Shown here piece by piece: positions 9,481 through 18,709 of a stretch of 64,000 bases of DNA; within the stretch, counting starts at the first letter, position 1; each line of letters starts with the position of its first letter. The notes below the pieces were generated by a model, which was not told the origin of the DNA, made no database searches, and saw only the letters and a program-made list of their open reading frames with translations. Location: positions 864,001-928,000 of the forward strand of contig CAWJYV010000008.1 of the NCBI GenBank assembly GCA_963847185.1, written 5' to 3'. The position numbers and the translations under genes were made by a program. The DNA is from an uncultured Methanosarcinaceae archaeon (GTDB lineage Archaea > Halobacteriota > Methanosarcinia > Methanosarcinales > Methanosarcinaceae).

Positions 9481-10061
9481 TAAATCACCCGAAGAACCAT
9501 TATAGAGTGAATTAATATAAATATTTACTTATGTTTTATTTTTTATATTTTTTAAATTATATTTTTAATTTATATTGTATCGGTGGTTCACATATTTCAC
9601 ATGACTTCTTATGATGCTGATTATCTCTTTTTGAAGGGGTTGACCAATTTCAGAGCTTATACAGTTCATGCTATACATACCATATTGTTTGAAAGTTGCT
9701 GTAAGGTTTCTTTCAGGAATAATAATCTTCTCATGAGATTCCTTTATGGCGCCTTGAATTTTTATTAAAATGTGAGTAGAACTCCTAAGCTATTGTTAGT
9801 TCTCAAAATAGAGTATTTCTTAAAACATGTTAAGATTGTTTGAAAATCCAGAATTTCCATGAAAATACTAATGGGGTATTTATTCTAAAAGATGAGGTAG
9901 CAATATAAAAGATATTATAATAGTATAATAGACTTTTCCATTTTTAACTAAAAGAAGGAATTTTATCCGGGTTATAAAACCCAGACATTAAGAAAATTAT
10001 GAAATTTTTATCGGAATTTTTGACTAGGTTTTCTTGGAAAGTCCAAGAGCTTTGTTAGTTA

Positions 10062-10463
10062 TCAGGTTAGATTCTTTAGACGTTCTATATTCTGGGTTAT
10101 GTTTCTGCTCTCAGCCATTACGTTTTCTTCAATTGCATCGATGATCGTTTCCATTGGGACTGTAAGTTTGTACAGTTTAACAGGTCTGCCTTTTCCTTGG
10201 TTCTTCTTTTCTTCCCTCATGTTTATCCAATCATTTTCTCGAAGATAACGCATTGCAATGCTGACTTCTGGCTGCCTTAAACCTGATACCATTTCAATGC
10301 ACTGGGAAGATATTTCCTCTCTTTTTGAGAGACACGCAAGGGTAAGTGCAACTGGCCTATTGATGTTGAGCCTTCTCAAAAGCTCTACCATTTCGTATTC
10401 AATCTCTCCCATTTTAAAATTATTTTCCTCTGATGTAAACTCATTATCTGCCACAACTATCAT
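10062..10463 (-). CDS. Paralogous winged-helix regulator divergent from hdrA (HdrR/MreD-like position)
   Basis: SGLRQPEVSIAMRYL, GKGRPVKLYKL; strong similarity to 9067-9480. Confidence 0.88.
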   Translation of the reverse strand: MIVVADNEFTSEENNFKMGEIEYEMVELLRRLNINRPVALTLACLSKREEISSQCIEMVSGLRQPEVSIAMRYLRENDWINMREEKKNQGKGRPVKLYKLTVPMETIIDAIEENVMAESRNITQNIERLKNLT

Positions 10464-11039
10464 CTACCGTCTAATCAGAAAAGTGATCCTTATTTACTTC
10501 TGACATTATTCTTTTATCAAATATTCTCAGATTAATAGAAATATATTAATTTAAATCAGTCCTTCCTTCATATCTTTATTATATTTAAATTATATATTTC
10601 TACTGATATGAGTTCTGGATTTGTGGGGGTATCTCACAAAATCTGTTTTTTCCGAATTGATTTAAATAATAATACTCTCTCTTCATATATATAATTATAT
10701 GCGCATAAAATCTTTTTAATTAAAATACTTTTTAAATTTTGCTCAATTATCTCTTCGAAAGTGCAGAGTGAAAATAATTTTTGATGTGCATAATCTGCAA
10801 CTTTTTTACAAATCTTCCTCAATATATATATAGGATAAAAGCATACTCAGCTATAGTGAGCTTTCTAATATATAAGGAAATTTGAATAGTTAAAAGGCGA
10901 AAAATATCTTGAATTATTCTCTTTCTCCTTCTATTTTGTCCTTTTTTTGTAACTACTTCTCAAATTCTGTCCTTATTGGGTCATTTTTACTCTCTGTTTC
11001 GGCAAGTCTTAAATATTAATCCCTATAAGATTTAATATA

Positions 11040-13451
11040 ATGAACGCTGCCCTGGACAAACCTGCTGTATTTATCTGCCATTGCAGTGGGAATATTTCCG
11101 AACACATTGACATCAGTTCTATTAAAAAAACCCTTAAGGCAGAAGGGGTCTCGGTCTTCGATTACGAGTATCTCTGTTCGAGCGAGGGACAGGCCCTGAT
11201 CAAAAATAAGATTTCAGATGGGAACCTGAACCGGATAGTTATAGGCTCTTGTACTCCTTCCAAACATGGTGCTCTCTTTAAAAAGTGTATCCAGGAGGCA
11301 GGACTTAATAGAGCAATGCTCGAAATTGCAAACCTCAGAGAACACTGTGCCTGGGTTCATCCAGATAAAACTGAAGCTACGGAAAAAGCTCTTTCACTTC
11401 TTCAGGGAAAACTCAAACGTCTGGAAAATAGCCAGCCACTCGACGAAATAAAAGTGAGCATTGCTCCAGAGGCACTTGTAATTGGAGGGGGAATTGCAGG
11501 GATCACTGCAGCAGTGAATCTTGCAGATAGTGGAATTTCCACCTACCTGGTTGAGAAAGATTCCAGTATTGGTGGAAATATGGCAAAAATAGGCAAGGTC
11601 TTTTCCCCTGATAAACTTGCGGAAGAGTGCGCAATGTGCTCACTGAGCCCTCTCATGAATGATGTGGTCTCTAATCCGAAGATAACCCTTCTGACCTGGA
11701 CTGAGGTGGAACGCTTAAGCGGAAGTGCCGGAAATTTCACAGTCCGTCTCAGGAAAAAGCCAAGGTATGTGAAGGATAATTGTACAGGGTGTGGCCGATG
11801 TAGCCGTGTTTGTCCTGTTCTGATTGAAAATGAATTCAACTGTGGGGCTATGGACAAAAAAGCAATTTCTTTGCGCTTTTCTCAATCAGTTCCCAAGACT
11901 TACTATATAGACTCTGATCACTGTCTGCAGCTGAATGGCGAAACATGCGGAAAATGTGCAGATGCCTGTAAATCCGGTGCAATTGATTTTTCGCAAAAGG
12001 AAGAAATTATTGAACTCAATGTCGGTGCAGTTATAGCTGCTACCGGCTTTGACGAGTATGATGCATCCCAGAAACCCCAGTACGGGTATGGGATTTTCAA
12101 AAACGTTATAACCCAGATGGAGCTTGCCCGAATTCTTGGAATCAATGGTCCTACAAAAGGGACGCTTCTCAAGCCTTCTGATTTCAGCAAGGTTTCAGAT
12201 ATTAAGCCGGCAGGCACCTGTGGAGATAATAGCTCATCTGATGAGACCTCTGATGAGTTACATGATGCTGGAAAACCTAAAAGAATCGTTATGATTCAGT
12301 GTGTAGGCTCAAGGGATGAAAAAGAAGGTGGAAATCGTTACTGTTCCAGATACTGCTGTATGGCAGCTTTGAAGCATTCGAGCCTGATACTCAAAAAATA
12401 TCCTGGTACAGAAATCACAATTTGCTATATTGATCTGCGAGCTTTTGGTTTCTATGAAAACTACTATCGGATGGTTCAGGACTTAGGAGTCCATTTTGTG
12501 AGGGGGAGGCCAGCCGAAATTCTGGAAAAACCAGATAAGAGCCTGGTTGTGAGGGTTGAAGATACTCTAGACCAGAGGATAAAAGAGATTCCTGCAGATC
12601 TCGTTGTACTTTCTTCGGCCATGGTACCTTCTCAGGGAACCAAAAAGATTGCAAGCATACTTAACCTGAGCCAGGACGAAAATGGATTTGTCAAAGAAAG
12701 ACACTCCAAACTAAAACCTGTAGACAGCTCACTTGATGGAGTATTTGTCTGTGGCACTGCTCAGGGCCCTAAAGATGTTACAGACACTATTTCCCAGGCA
12801 GGGCTTGCAGCTATAAGGGCTAAAGCTTTTATTACGGATAGTCCAAAGGCACTGACAAATGAAATCCCTATAGTTAATCAGCTACTCTGCACAAAATGTG
12901 AGGAATGTCTTAAATGTCCTTTCGAAGCTCTTTCGCTTAATAAGAGCGGTAGAATTGTCGTGGACCCGTTGATCTGCACTGGCTGCGGATACTGCGTTGA
13001 AGTCTGCCAAAGCGGCGCTATTCAGGTTGCAGGTTTCACTAAAAACCAGCTAAAAGCCGAAATTGAGGGCATACTTAACGAAGGGGACATGCTTGGCTTT
13101 GTAAATGGCGGGATTGCATCCCTTACCTGTGATAATATAGGTAACAGTGTACTTACCTATCCTTCAAATGTCAAATTAATCAAAGTACCTACAAGTTTGG
13201 TGCTGGATAAAGAATTATTACTTCATGCCTTCAAACACGGGGCTTCTTCAGTTATGTTTATAGAAGATCCGCCAGACAGCCCTAAAGCCGAAATCATATA
13301 TCCCTTAACTGTCAGGCACTTCGAGAAATTGAAAAAGGAAATGGGAGATTCAGGAAAGAGGCTCCATTTCAAAAAAGCCTATGTTCCAAATACGAAAGGG
13401 CTTGCAGGAGCTTTTACCAGCCTTTCCCGGGAAGGAGAGATGATTAGATGA
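11040..13451 (+). CDS. hdrA: CoB-CoM heterodisulfide reductase subunit A (HdrA1 type)
   Basis: CHCSGN, GGGIAG FAD motif, CxxCxxCxxxCP ferredoxin motifs, QCVGSRD, YCSRYCC. Confidence 0.96.
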   Translation: MNAALDKPAVFICHCSGNISEHIDISSIKKTLKAEGVSVFDYEYLCSSEGQALIKNKISDGNLNRIVIGSCTPSKHGALFKKCIQEAGLNRAMLEIANLREHCAWVHPDKTEATEKALSLLQGKLKRLENSQPLDEIKVSIAPEALVIGGGIAGITAAVNLADSGISTYLVEKDSSIGGNMAKIGKVFSPDKLAEECAMCSLSPLMNDVVSNPKITLLTWTEVERLSGSAGNFTVRLRKKPRYVKDNCTGCGRCSRVCPVLIENEFNCGAMDKKAISLRFSQSVPKTYYIDSDHCLQLNGETCGKCADACKSGAIDFSQKEEIIELNVGAVIAATGFDEYDASQKPQYGYGIFKNVITQMELARILGINGPTKGTLLKPSDFSKVSDIKPAGTCGDNSSSDETSDELHDAGKPKRIVMIQCVGSRDEKEGGNRYCSRYCCMAALKHSSLILKKYPGTEITICYIDLRAFGFYENYYRMVQDLGVHFVRGRPAEILEKPDKSLVVRVEDTLDQRIKEIPADLVVLSSAMVPSQGTKKIASILNLSQDENGFVKERHSKLKPVDSSLDGVFVCGTAQGPKDVTDTISQAGLAAIRAKAFITDSPKALTNEIPIVNQLLCTKCEECLKCPFEALSLNKSGRIVVDPLICTGCGYCVEVCQSGAIQVAGFTKNQLKAEIEGILNEGDMLGFVNGGIASLTCDNIGNSVLTYPSNVKLIKVPTSLVLDKELLLHAFKHGASSVMFIEDPPDSPKAEIIYPLTVRHFEKLKKEMGDSGKRLHFKKAYVPNTKGLAGAFTSLSREGEMIR

Positions 13452-14158
13452 TCCCTTATGTAAATGAATACGATACCCCAGAATGTAAATCCCTTGCAGA
13501 AACCGCAAAGAAAAGCATCCGGACTCCTGCCTCTCTGGGGCTTGACCGCTGCATTCAGTGTGGAGCCTGTACAGCCTCCTGTCCTGCGGCCCGTTTTACA
13601 GATTACAGCCCGCGCCAAATTGTAAAGAGGGTGCTTGAGAATGATCATAGTATACTCGAGTCCGAAATGATCTGGTCCTGTTTCTACTGCTATTCGTGTA
13701 ATGTACGCTGTCCCAGAAACAATAGTCCCGTAACAATAGTGCAGGTACTTCGGCAGATGGCTATTAACGAGGGTATAGGGGTTGAGAAACTTGGCTACTT
13801 TGTTGAGATTGGAGAATACCTTGCTGAGAACGGGGCAAGTAAAGTCCCAGGTGCTGGTATAAAGAATATGGAAAGAGATCTTGGAGAACGCTGGATCAAA
13901 TTCAAAAAGAATCTCGAACCAATCCGTGAAGAGCTTGGGCTAAGTGCCAGAGATGTCAGGAATACCCATGGAGAAGTTCAGGCTATTCTTGAGAGCACAG
14001 GGTACTTTGAAAGGGAAAAATGGATAAAAGCAAAAATACAGGAAAACCACGTTAATCAGCTCCTGAAAAACCGTTGTGTGAAAAAAGAAGGTAAACACGG
14101 AGATTTAGGCTTTGAAAACGATAGAGAATATACCAGACAGGCAGCTCTTATTATTTAA
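13448..14158 (+). CDS. hdrC: Heterodisulfide reductase subunit C
   Basis: CIQCGACTASCP and CFYCYSCNVRCP; overlaps the hdrA stop. Confidence 0.95.
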   Translation: MIPYVNEYDTPECKSLAETAKKSIRTPASLGLDRCIQCGACTASCPAARFTDYSPRQIVKRVLENDHSILESEMIWSCFYCYSCNVRCPRNNSPVTIVQVLRQMAINEGIGVEKLGYFVEIGEYLAENGASKVPGAGIKNMERDLGERWIKFKKNLEPIREELGLSARDVRNTHGEVQAILESTGYFEREKWIKAKIQENHVNQLLKNRCVKKEGKHGDLGFENDREYTRQAALII

Positions 14159-15056
14159 AAGTTGCATGGTCGGGCAGGAATACCCGGGAGTAGAAACTTC
14201 TACTCGTTACGTGTTTGATAGGCTTGGAGTAGATTACTTTATAAATGATGAGCAGTCCTGCTGCACAGGAATAGGACATTACACTGACATCTTTGAAGGG
14301 CTAACTACAACAGCTATTGCAGCCCGAAATTTTGCCATCGCTAAAAAATGCGGGCATCCAAATATAACCTGTCTCTGTTCAACCTGCTATGCCATAAACA
14401 AGGAAGCCTGTGAACTTCTTAATACCAACACTGAAGTCAGGGAAAAAGTTAATTCCATCTTCAGAGAAAAAGGTCTTTCTGATCTTGTTTACGAGAAAGA
14501 CGATATGGATCCGAGAGCAAACTTCTACCATGCCGTCGAGATCCTCTTAAGTAAAGTCAGCCAGATTGAGAAAGAGAAAAAGATAGACTTCTCAGGTGTC
14601 AAAGCTGCCGCTCACCATGCCTGCCACTATTATAAAGTCAAGTATTTAGACGTTCTCGGAAATCCTGAAAATCCTCAGCTCATAGATACCATAGCTGCAG
14701 CCTGCGGGGCCGAGCCTTTACGCTGGTACGAGGACAGAACTCTCACCTGCGGGATGGGTTTTTCCCAGCTTCATCTTAACAAAAACACCTCTCTTCAGGT
14801 GACAAAAACTAAGCTCGACAGCCTCCAGAGAGCAGGCGTAGAACTTATGATCCATATGTGCCCGAACTGCCATATTCAGTATGACCGTTACCAGCCAGTT
14901 ATAGAAAAAGAGTTTGGGGTAAAGTACAAAATGGTCCATATGAATATTGCCCAATTCGTGGCTATTTCAATGGGTGCGGATCCTTACAAAGTCTGTGGTT
15001 TCCATACCCATTCCGTGCCTCTTGAAGAATTTCTGGAAAAACATGGAATAATCTGA
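14112..15056 (+). CDS. hdrB: Heterodisulfide reductase subunit B
   Basis: CCG domains (QSCCTG..CSTC; HHACH; TCG..CPNC); TTG start. Confidence 0.95.
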   Translation: MKTIENIPDRQLLLFKSCMVGQEYPGVETSTRYVFDRLGVDYFINDEQSCCTGIGHYTDIFEGLTTTAIAARNFAIAKKCGHPNITCLCSTCYAINKEACELLNTNTEVREKVNSIFREKGLSDLVYEKDDMDPRANFYHAVEILLSKVSQIEKEKKIDFSGVKAAAHHACHYYKVKYLDVLGNPENPQLIDTIAAACGAEPLRWYEDRTLTCGMGFSQLHLNKNTSLQVTKTKLDSLQRAGVELMIHMCPNCHIQYDRYQPVIEKEFGVKYKMVHMNIAQFVAISMGADPYKVCGFHTHSVPLEEFLEKHGII

Positions 15057-15070
15057 AAAATCTCAGAAAA

Positions 15071-15120
15071 CTTCTAATTTGAAAGCCTCTAATCTGAAAA
15101 CCTCTAATCTGAAAACTTCT
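15071..15120. repeat. 15-bp tandem repeat (TCTAATCTGAAAACC-like), about 3 copies
   Basis: Read directly from the sequence. Confidence 0.75.
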
Positions 15121-15126
15121 GGCTCG

Positions 15127-15260
15127 CCCGAATTGCGCCTCGGGAGTGCGCCGTCCTTTTCCCACCAGAATTGCGCCTCTGGAGTACGCCGTCCTTTTCG
15201 CCCCGAATTGCGATTCGGGAGCCCGCTGTCCTTTTCGCTTCGCTCAAGAGGACTAATTTC
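15127..15260 (+). repeat. Dispersed multi-hairpin repeat: three ~37-bp CCCGAATTGCG..TCGGGAG..GTCCTTTTC units followed by the GCTCAAGAGGACTAA end
   Basis: Tandem units visible; homologous to 8311-8615 and 48765-48925. Confidence 0.88.
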
Positions 15261-15840
15261 TGGGACAGAAGTTTTCGTCTTTTCTTTGTGGAATATCTTA
15301 TAGTTAATCAGTCAGAGCTTGCGGGACAGCTGCTTCTTAAGTAAAAGAGTAGCTTTTTAGCGTTCCTAAAATGCCATGAATGTGTAGAATTTATACTACT
15401 GTATAAGGTATTTTGGCAGTATTTTTGTGTTTTAATTTTTATATCTCTGTTAATTTCTCAAGCTCATTCGCTAGATTTACCATATTGGCTGTCAGATTTC
15501 CAATTTTAGTCAGCAGGGCCCGATTGTCGTTATAACCTCTTGTTAGCCGGGTGCTGTTTGCAAGTACATTTGGTTAAACTTTATACTATAGTTATTTCTA
15601 TATTATGGGGTCTGTTCTACTCATTTAGCAAAACAGTGTTTGTCAACAGGAATTCATGGTATGGTGTGAAAATTTTATTAAAAGCACCTTGAATTCATAC
15701 TCTAATCTTTAAAAATATTTTTCAATAATATTTTTAACCTAAATATCCATTAAGTATATATATTTCATTATAGTGAGTTCAGGGATCTGAATTTCTCCCC
15801 ATCTATTCATCATTATTTCTTCTTGGACAGGAGGCTAACT

Positions 15841-17082
15841 TTGGGAACAATTAGCGAAAAAATTTTTTCACGCGCAGCGGGAAATAAGGCAATGGCAAAC
15901 GACTTTGTGCTGGCAGATGTAGATTATGCAATGGCACATGACGGTACGTCGGTGCTTGCAGTAAATGCTTTTAAGGAAATGGGAGTGGAAAAGGTCTGGG
16001 ATCCGTCGAGGATAGTAATTCCTTTCGATCACATAGCTCCTGCAAACAGTGAAACTTCAGCTATTCTTCAGAGGGAGATTAGAGAATGGATAAAGGATCA
16101 GGGAATTTCTAACTTTTATGAAGTTGGAGAAGGGATTTGCCATCAGGTGCTTCCTGAAAACGGGTTTGCCCTTCCTGGAAAACTTGTTGTAGGGGCTGAC
16201 TCGCATTCATGTACTTATGGAGCTTTCGGTGCATTTGCAACAGGGGTTGGGGCTACTGATATGGCTGAAATTTTCGCCACGGGCAAACTCTGGTTCAGAG
16301 TTCCGGAAAGTTTCAGTATGACTGTTGAAGGGAAGCTTGGAGAGGGAGTTTACGCAAAGGACTTGACGCTTTACCTTATCGGAAAAACCGGAATTGACGG
16401 CGCAACCTATAAAGCTGTAGAGTTTTACGGACAGACAATCCATGAACTTTCGGTTGCTGGCAGGATGACACTCTGCAATATGGCAATTGAGATGGGGGCA
16501 AAGTCCGGTATTGTCCCACCTGACAAGAAAACCTTCGATTTTTTGAAAAACAAAGCAGTTGCTCCTTATGAACCTGTTTATGCTGACTCTGATGCCGCAT
16601 ATGTAGAAGAATTCGCCTACTCTGCTGATGATATCGAGCCCCAGATAGCCTGTCCTCATCAGGTAGACAATGTAAAACCTGTAGGGGATGTTGAAGGGAC
16701 TCATATTGATCAGGTCTTTATCGGGACATGCACGAATGGTAGGCTTGAAGATCTTGAAGTAGCAGCCCAAATTCTGAAAGGAAAGAAAGTTGCTGTCAGG
16801 ACTATTGTGATTCCTGCATCCCGAACGACTCTTCTTGCAGCTATTGAAAACGGAACAATGGAAACTTTGTTAAAAGCGGGAGTAACCATTGCAACTCCTG
16901 GCTGCGGTCCATGTCTTGGTGCTCATCAGGGTGTACTTGGGGAAGGAGAAGTCTGCGTTTCAACCGCAAACAGAAATTTCAAAGGCAGGATGGGGAAAGG
17001 TGGCTTCATTTATCTCGCATCGCCTGCAACTGCAGCAGCTTCGGCTCTCAAGGGCGAAATTACTGACCCAAGGATAGTTTGA
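15841..17082 (+). CDS. hacA: Methanogen homoaconitase large subunit (aconitase/LeuC family)
   Basis: [36 protein letters not shown] resemble HacA/AksD more than LeuC; TTG at 15841 after GGAGG. Confidence 0.75.
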   Translation: MGTISEKIFSRAAGNKAMANDFVLADVDYAMAHDGTSVLAVNAFKEMGVEKVWDPSRIVIPFDHIAPANSETSAILQREIREWIKDQGISNFYEVGEGICHQVLPENGFALPGKLVVGADSHSCTYGAFGAFATGVGATDMAEIFATGKLWFRVPESFSMTVEGKLGEGVYAKDLTLYLIGKTGIDGATYKAVEFYGQTIHELSVAGRMTLCNMAIEMGAKSGIVPPDKKTFDFLKNKAVAPYEPVYADSDAAYVEEFAYSADDIEPQIACPHQVDNVKPVGDVEGTHIDQVFIGTCTNGRLEDLEVAAQILKGKKVAVRTIVIPASRTTLLAAIENGTMETLLKAGVTIATPGCGPCLGAHQGVLGEGEVCVSTANRNFKGRMGKGGFIYLASPATAAASALKGEITDPRIV

Positions 17083-17302
17083 AGCCTGGATGTTTAGATC
17101 GAAGCGTTTAATCAGAGTTTTCCACAGGATAATTTAAAGCCTGATGTAAGACCTGCTTTTAAGCTAGTTTATCTAGCTCAATACTTTTTTCCATCTTCTT
17201 TCTATTCTTTTCTCTTTTTTATTTAACTTTATTAAATTCCTGTTTAAATCCAGCGAAATTTTATACCATGAATTGCATATATATTGACAGGAGGGAATAA
17301 CT

Positions 17303-17521
17303 ATAACTGAAGAGCTTAGTCATGAAAATCTTTCACATTTGATTGAACACTGGATAGAACATAATGAGAGCCATATTCAGAGCTTTAGGGAATGGGCACA
17401 GAAAGCCAAAAAAGACGGTTTTCTCGAAGCTGCTGAAGATATCCTTGAAGCCGCAAACAAAGTTGAGGAAGCAAATGAGCTTCTTAACAAGGCAAGAAAA
17501 GGGCTTTTTAGCGTCGACTAA
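17303..17521 (+). CDS. Small helical His-motif protein (HWIEHNESH), probable ATA start
   Basis: GGAGG RBS at about 17290-17294, then in-frame ATA-ACT-GAA...; ORF track starts at TTG 17339. Confidence 0.7.
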   Translation: MTEELSHENLSHLIEHWIEHNESHIQSFREWAQKAKKDGFLEAAEDILEAANKVEEANELLNKARKGLFSVD

Positions 17522-17857
17522 ATAGTTATCTATAGTTATTATTTAAGACTTCTTTTACTCTCTGTGCCGGGCGATTTCCCGTCACTATCATTCTTTCTTT
17601 TTGCATACAAACCAAAATTCTGAATTCTTTCCTGGCAGGGATTCTTTTTCTTAAACTTTGGTTCTCTGTTAGTAACATAATATCTTACTTTTTTAATATA
17701 TTTTTTAACATATTTTCTAATATATTATTTTTTAAGATATTAATTTTTAGAATTCTTCCAGTATTTATTATCTGAATGGTTCAAAAAGAACTAAGGTGTA
17801 AGAAAAAGCTATTTCAAACCAGAAAATATAGAAGATCAGAAAATAGAAGATGAGATT

Positions 17858-18709
17858 TTAATAAAACTTTTCAATCTCATGCTTTACTCTTTCAATAAAA
17901 AACTCCTGTTTTACAAGAGGTTTTTCCTGAATTGCGGGAACTCTCTCTTCATACACATCTCTCTTGCTTTTATAAAATATGCCATTAGGAATTTTGTCCC
18001 CCCATTCCAGAGACTTTTCAAATGCTTTTATCTGGTTGTGAGGGTCATAGTCATCCTCGATCTTGTAAACTCTATCCCGGTACCACTTGAAAGTGTTTAT
18101 TTTGTTAAAGGTAACACAGGGTTGAAAGATATCAAGAAGAGCAAAGCCTTTGTGTGTTATTGCAGTTTTCATAAGCTCTTTCAGATACTCCTGATCTCCT
18201 GAAAATCCCCTGGCTACGAAGCTGCAGTTCAGGGAAATTGCCATGGCAAGAGGATTCATTGATTCCTGGAGCACACCGTAAGGCTGAATTGTTGTGTCGG
18301 TTCCCTTAGCTGTTGTAGGAGACGCCTGCCCTTTAGTCAGCCCGTACACCTGGTTATTATGTACGAACAGGGAAATATTCGGGTTCCTCCTAATTGCATG
18401 AATGAAGTGATTCCCCCCTTCCCCGTAACAGTCTCCATCTCCTGCGACTGCGATTACGTGCAGAGAATGATTGGCAAGTTTTGCAGCAGTCGCTACTGGA
18501 AGGGTCCTTCCGTGCAGTCCATTAAATGTATGGCATTTTATGTAATGGGGCAGTTTTCCAGCCTGTCCTATTCCCGAAACAACAAGGACTTCCCAGGGTT
18601 CAATGCCAAGCTCTATAAGTGCCTGCTTTATTGTTGAAAGAATCTGAAAATTTCCACATCCCGGACACCAGGCCGGAACCTGCCCTTCATACTCTTCAGA
18701 TGTAGGCAT
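17858..18709 (-). CDS. 2-oxoacid:ferredoxin oxidoreductase beta subunit
   Basis: WCPGCGN, LHGR, GDGD TPP motif, YGLTKGQASPT, QPCVTFN. Confidence 0.95.
   Translation of the reverse strand: MPTSEEYEGQVPAWCPGCGNFQILSTIKQALIELGIEPWEVLVVSGIGQAGKLPHYIKCHTFNGLHGRTLPVATAAKLANHSLHVIAVAGDGDCYGEGGNHFIHAIRRNPNISLFVHNNQVYGLTKGQASPTTAKGTDTTIQPYGVLQESMNPLAMAISLNCSFVARGFSGDQEYLKELMKTAITHKGFALLDIFQPCVTFNKINTFKWYRDRVYKIEDDYDPHNQIKAFEKSLEWGDKIPNGIFYKSKRDVYEERVPAIQEKPLVKQEFFIERVKHEIEKFY

Noticed and set aside
14112-14158. 47-nt hdrC/hdrB overlap as a frameshift
   Set aside because: Both subunits have complete motif sets; an ordinary overlap with a TTG start explains it
15127-15260. Possible mini-CRISPR array
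   Set aside because: Units are contiguous with no unique spacers, no cas genes are present, and the same motif is dispersed elsewhere
15079-15303. 74-aa ORF (also 8319-8534)
   Set aside because: Translations of the repeat elements with no protein-like features
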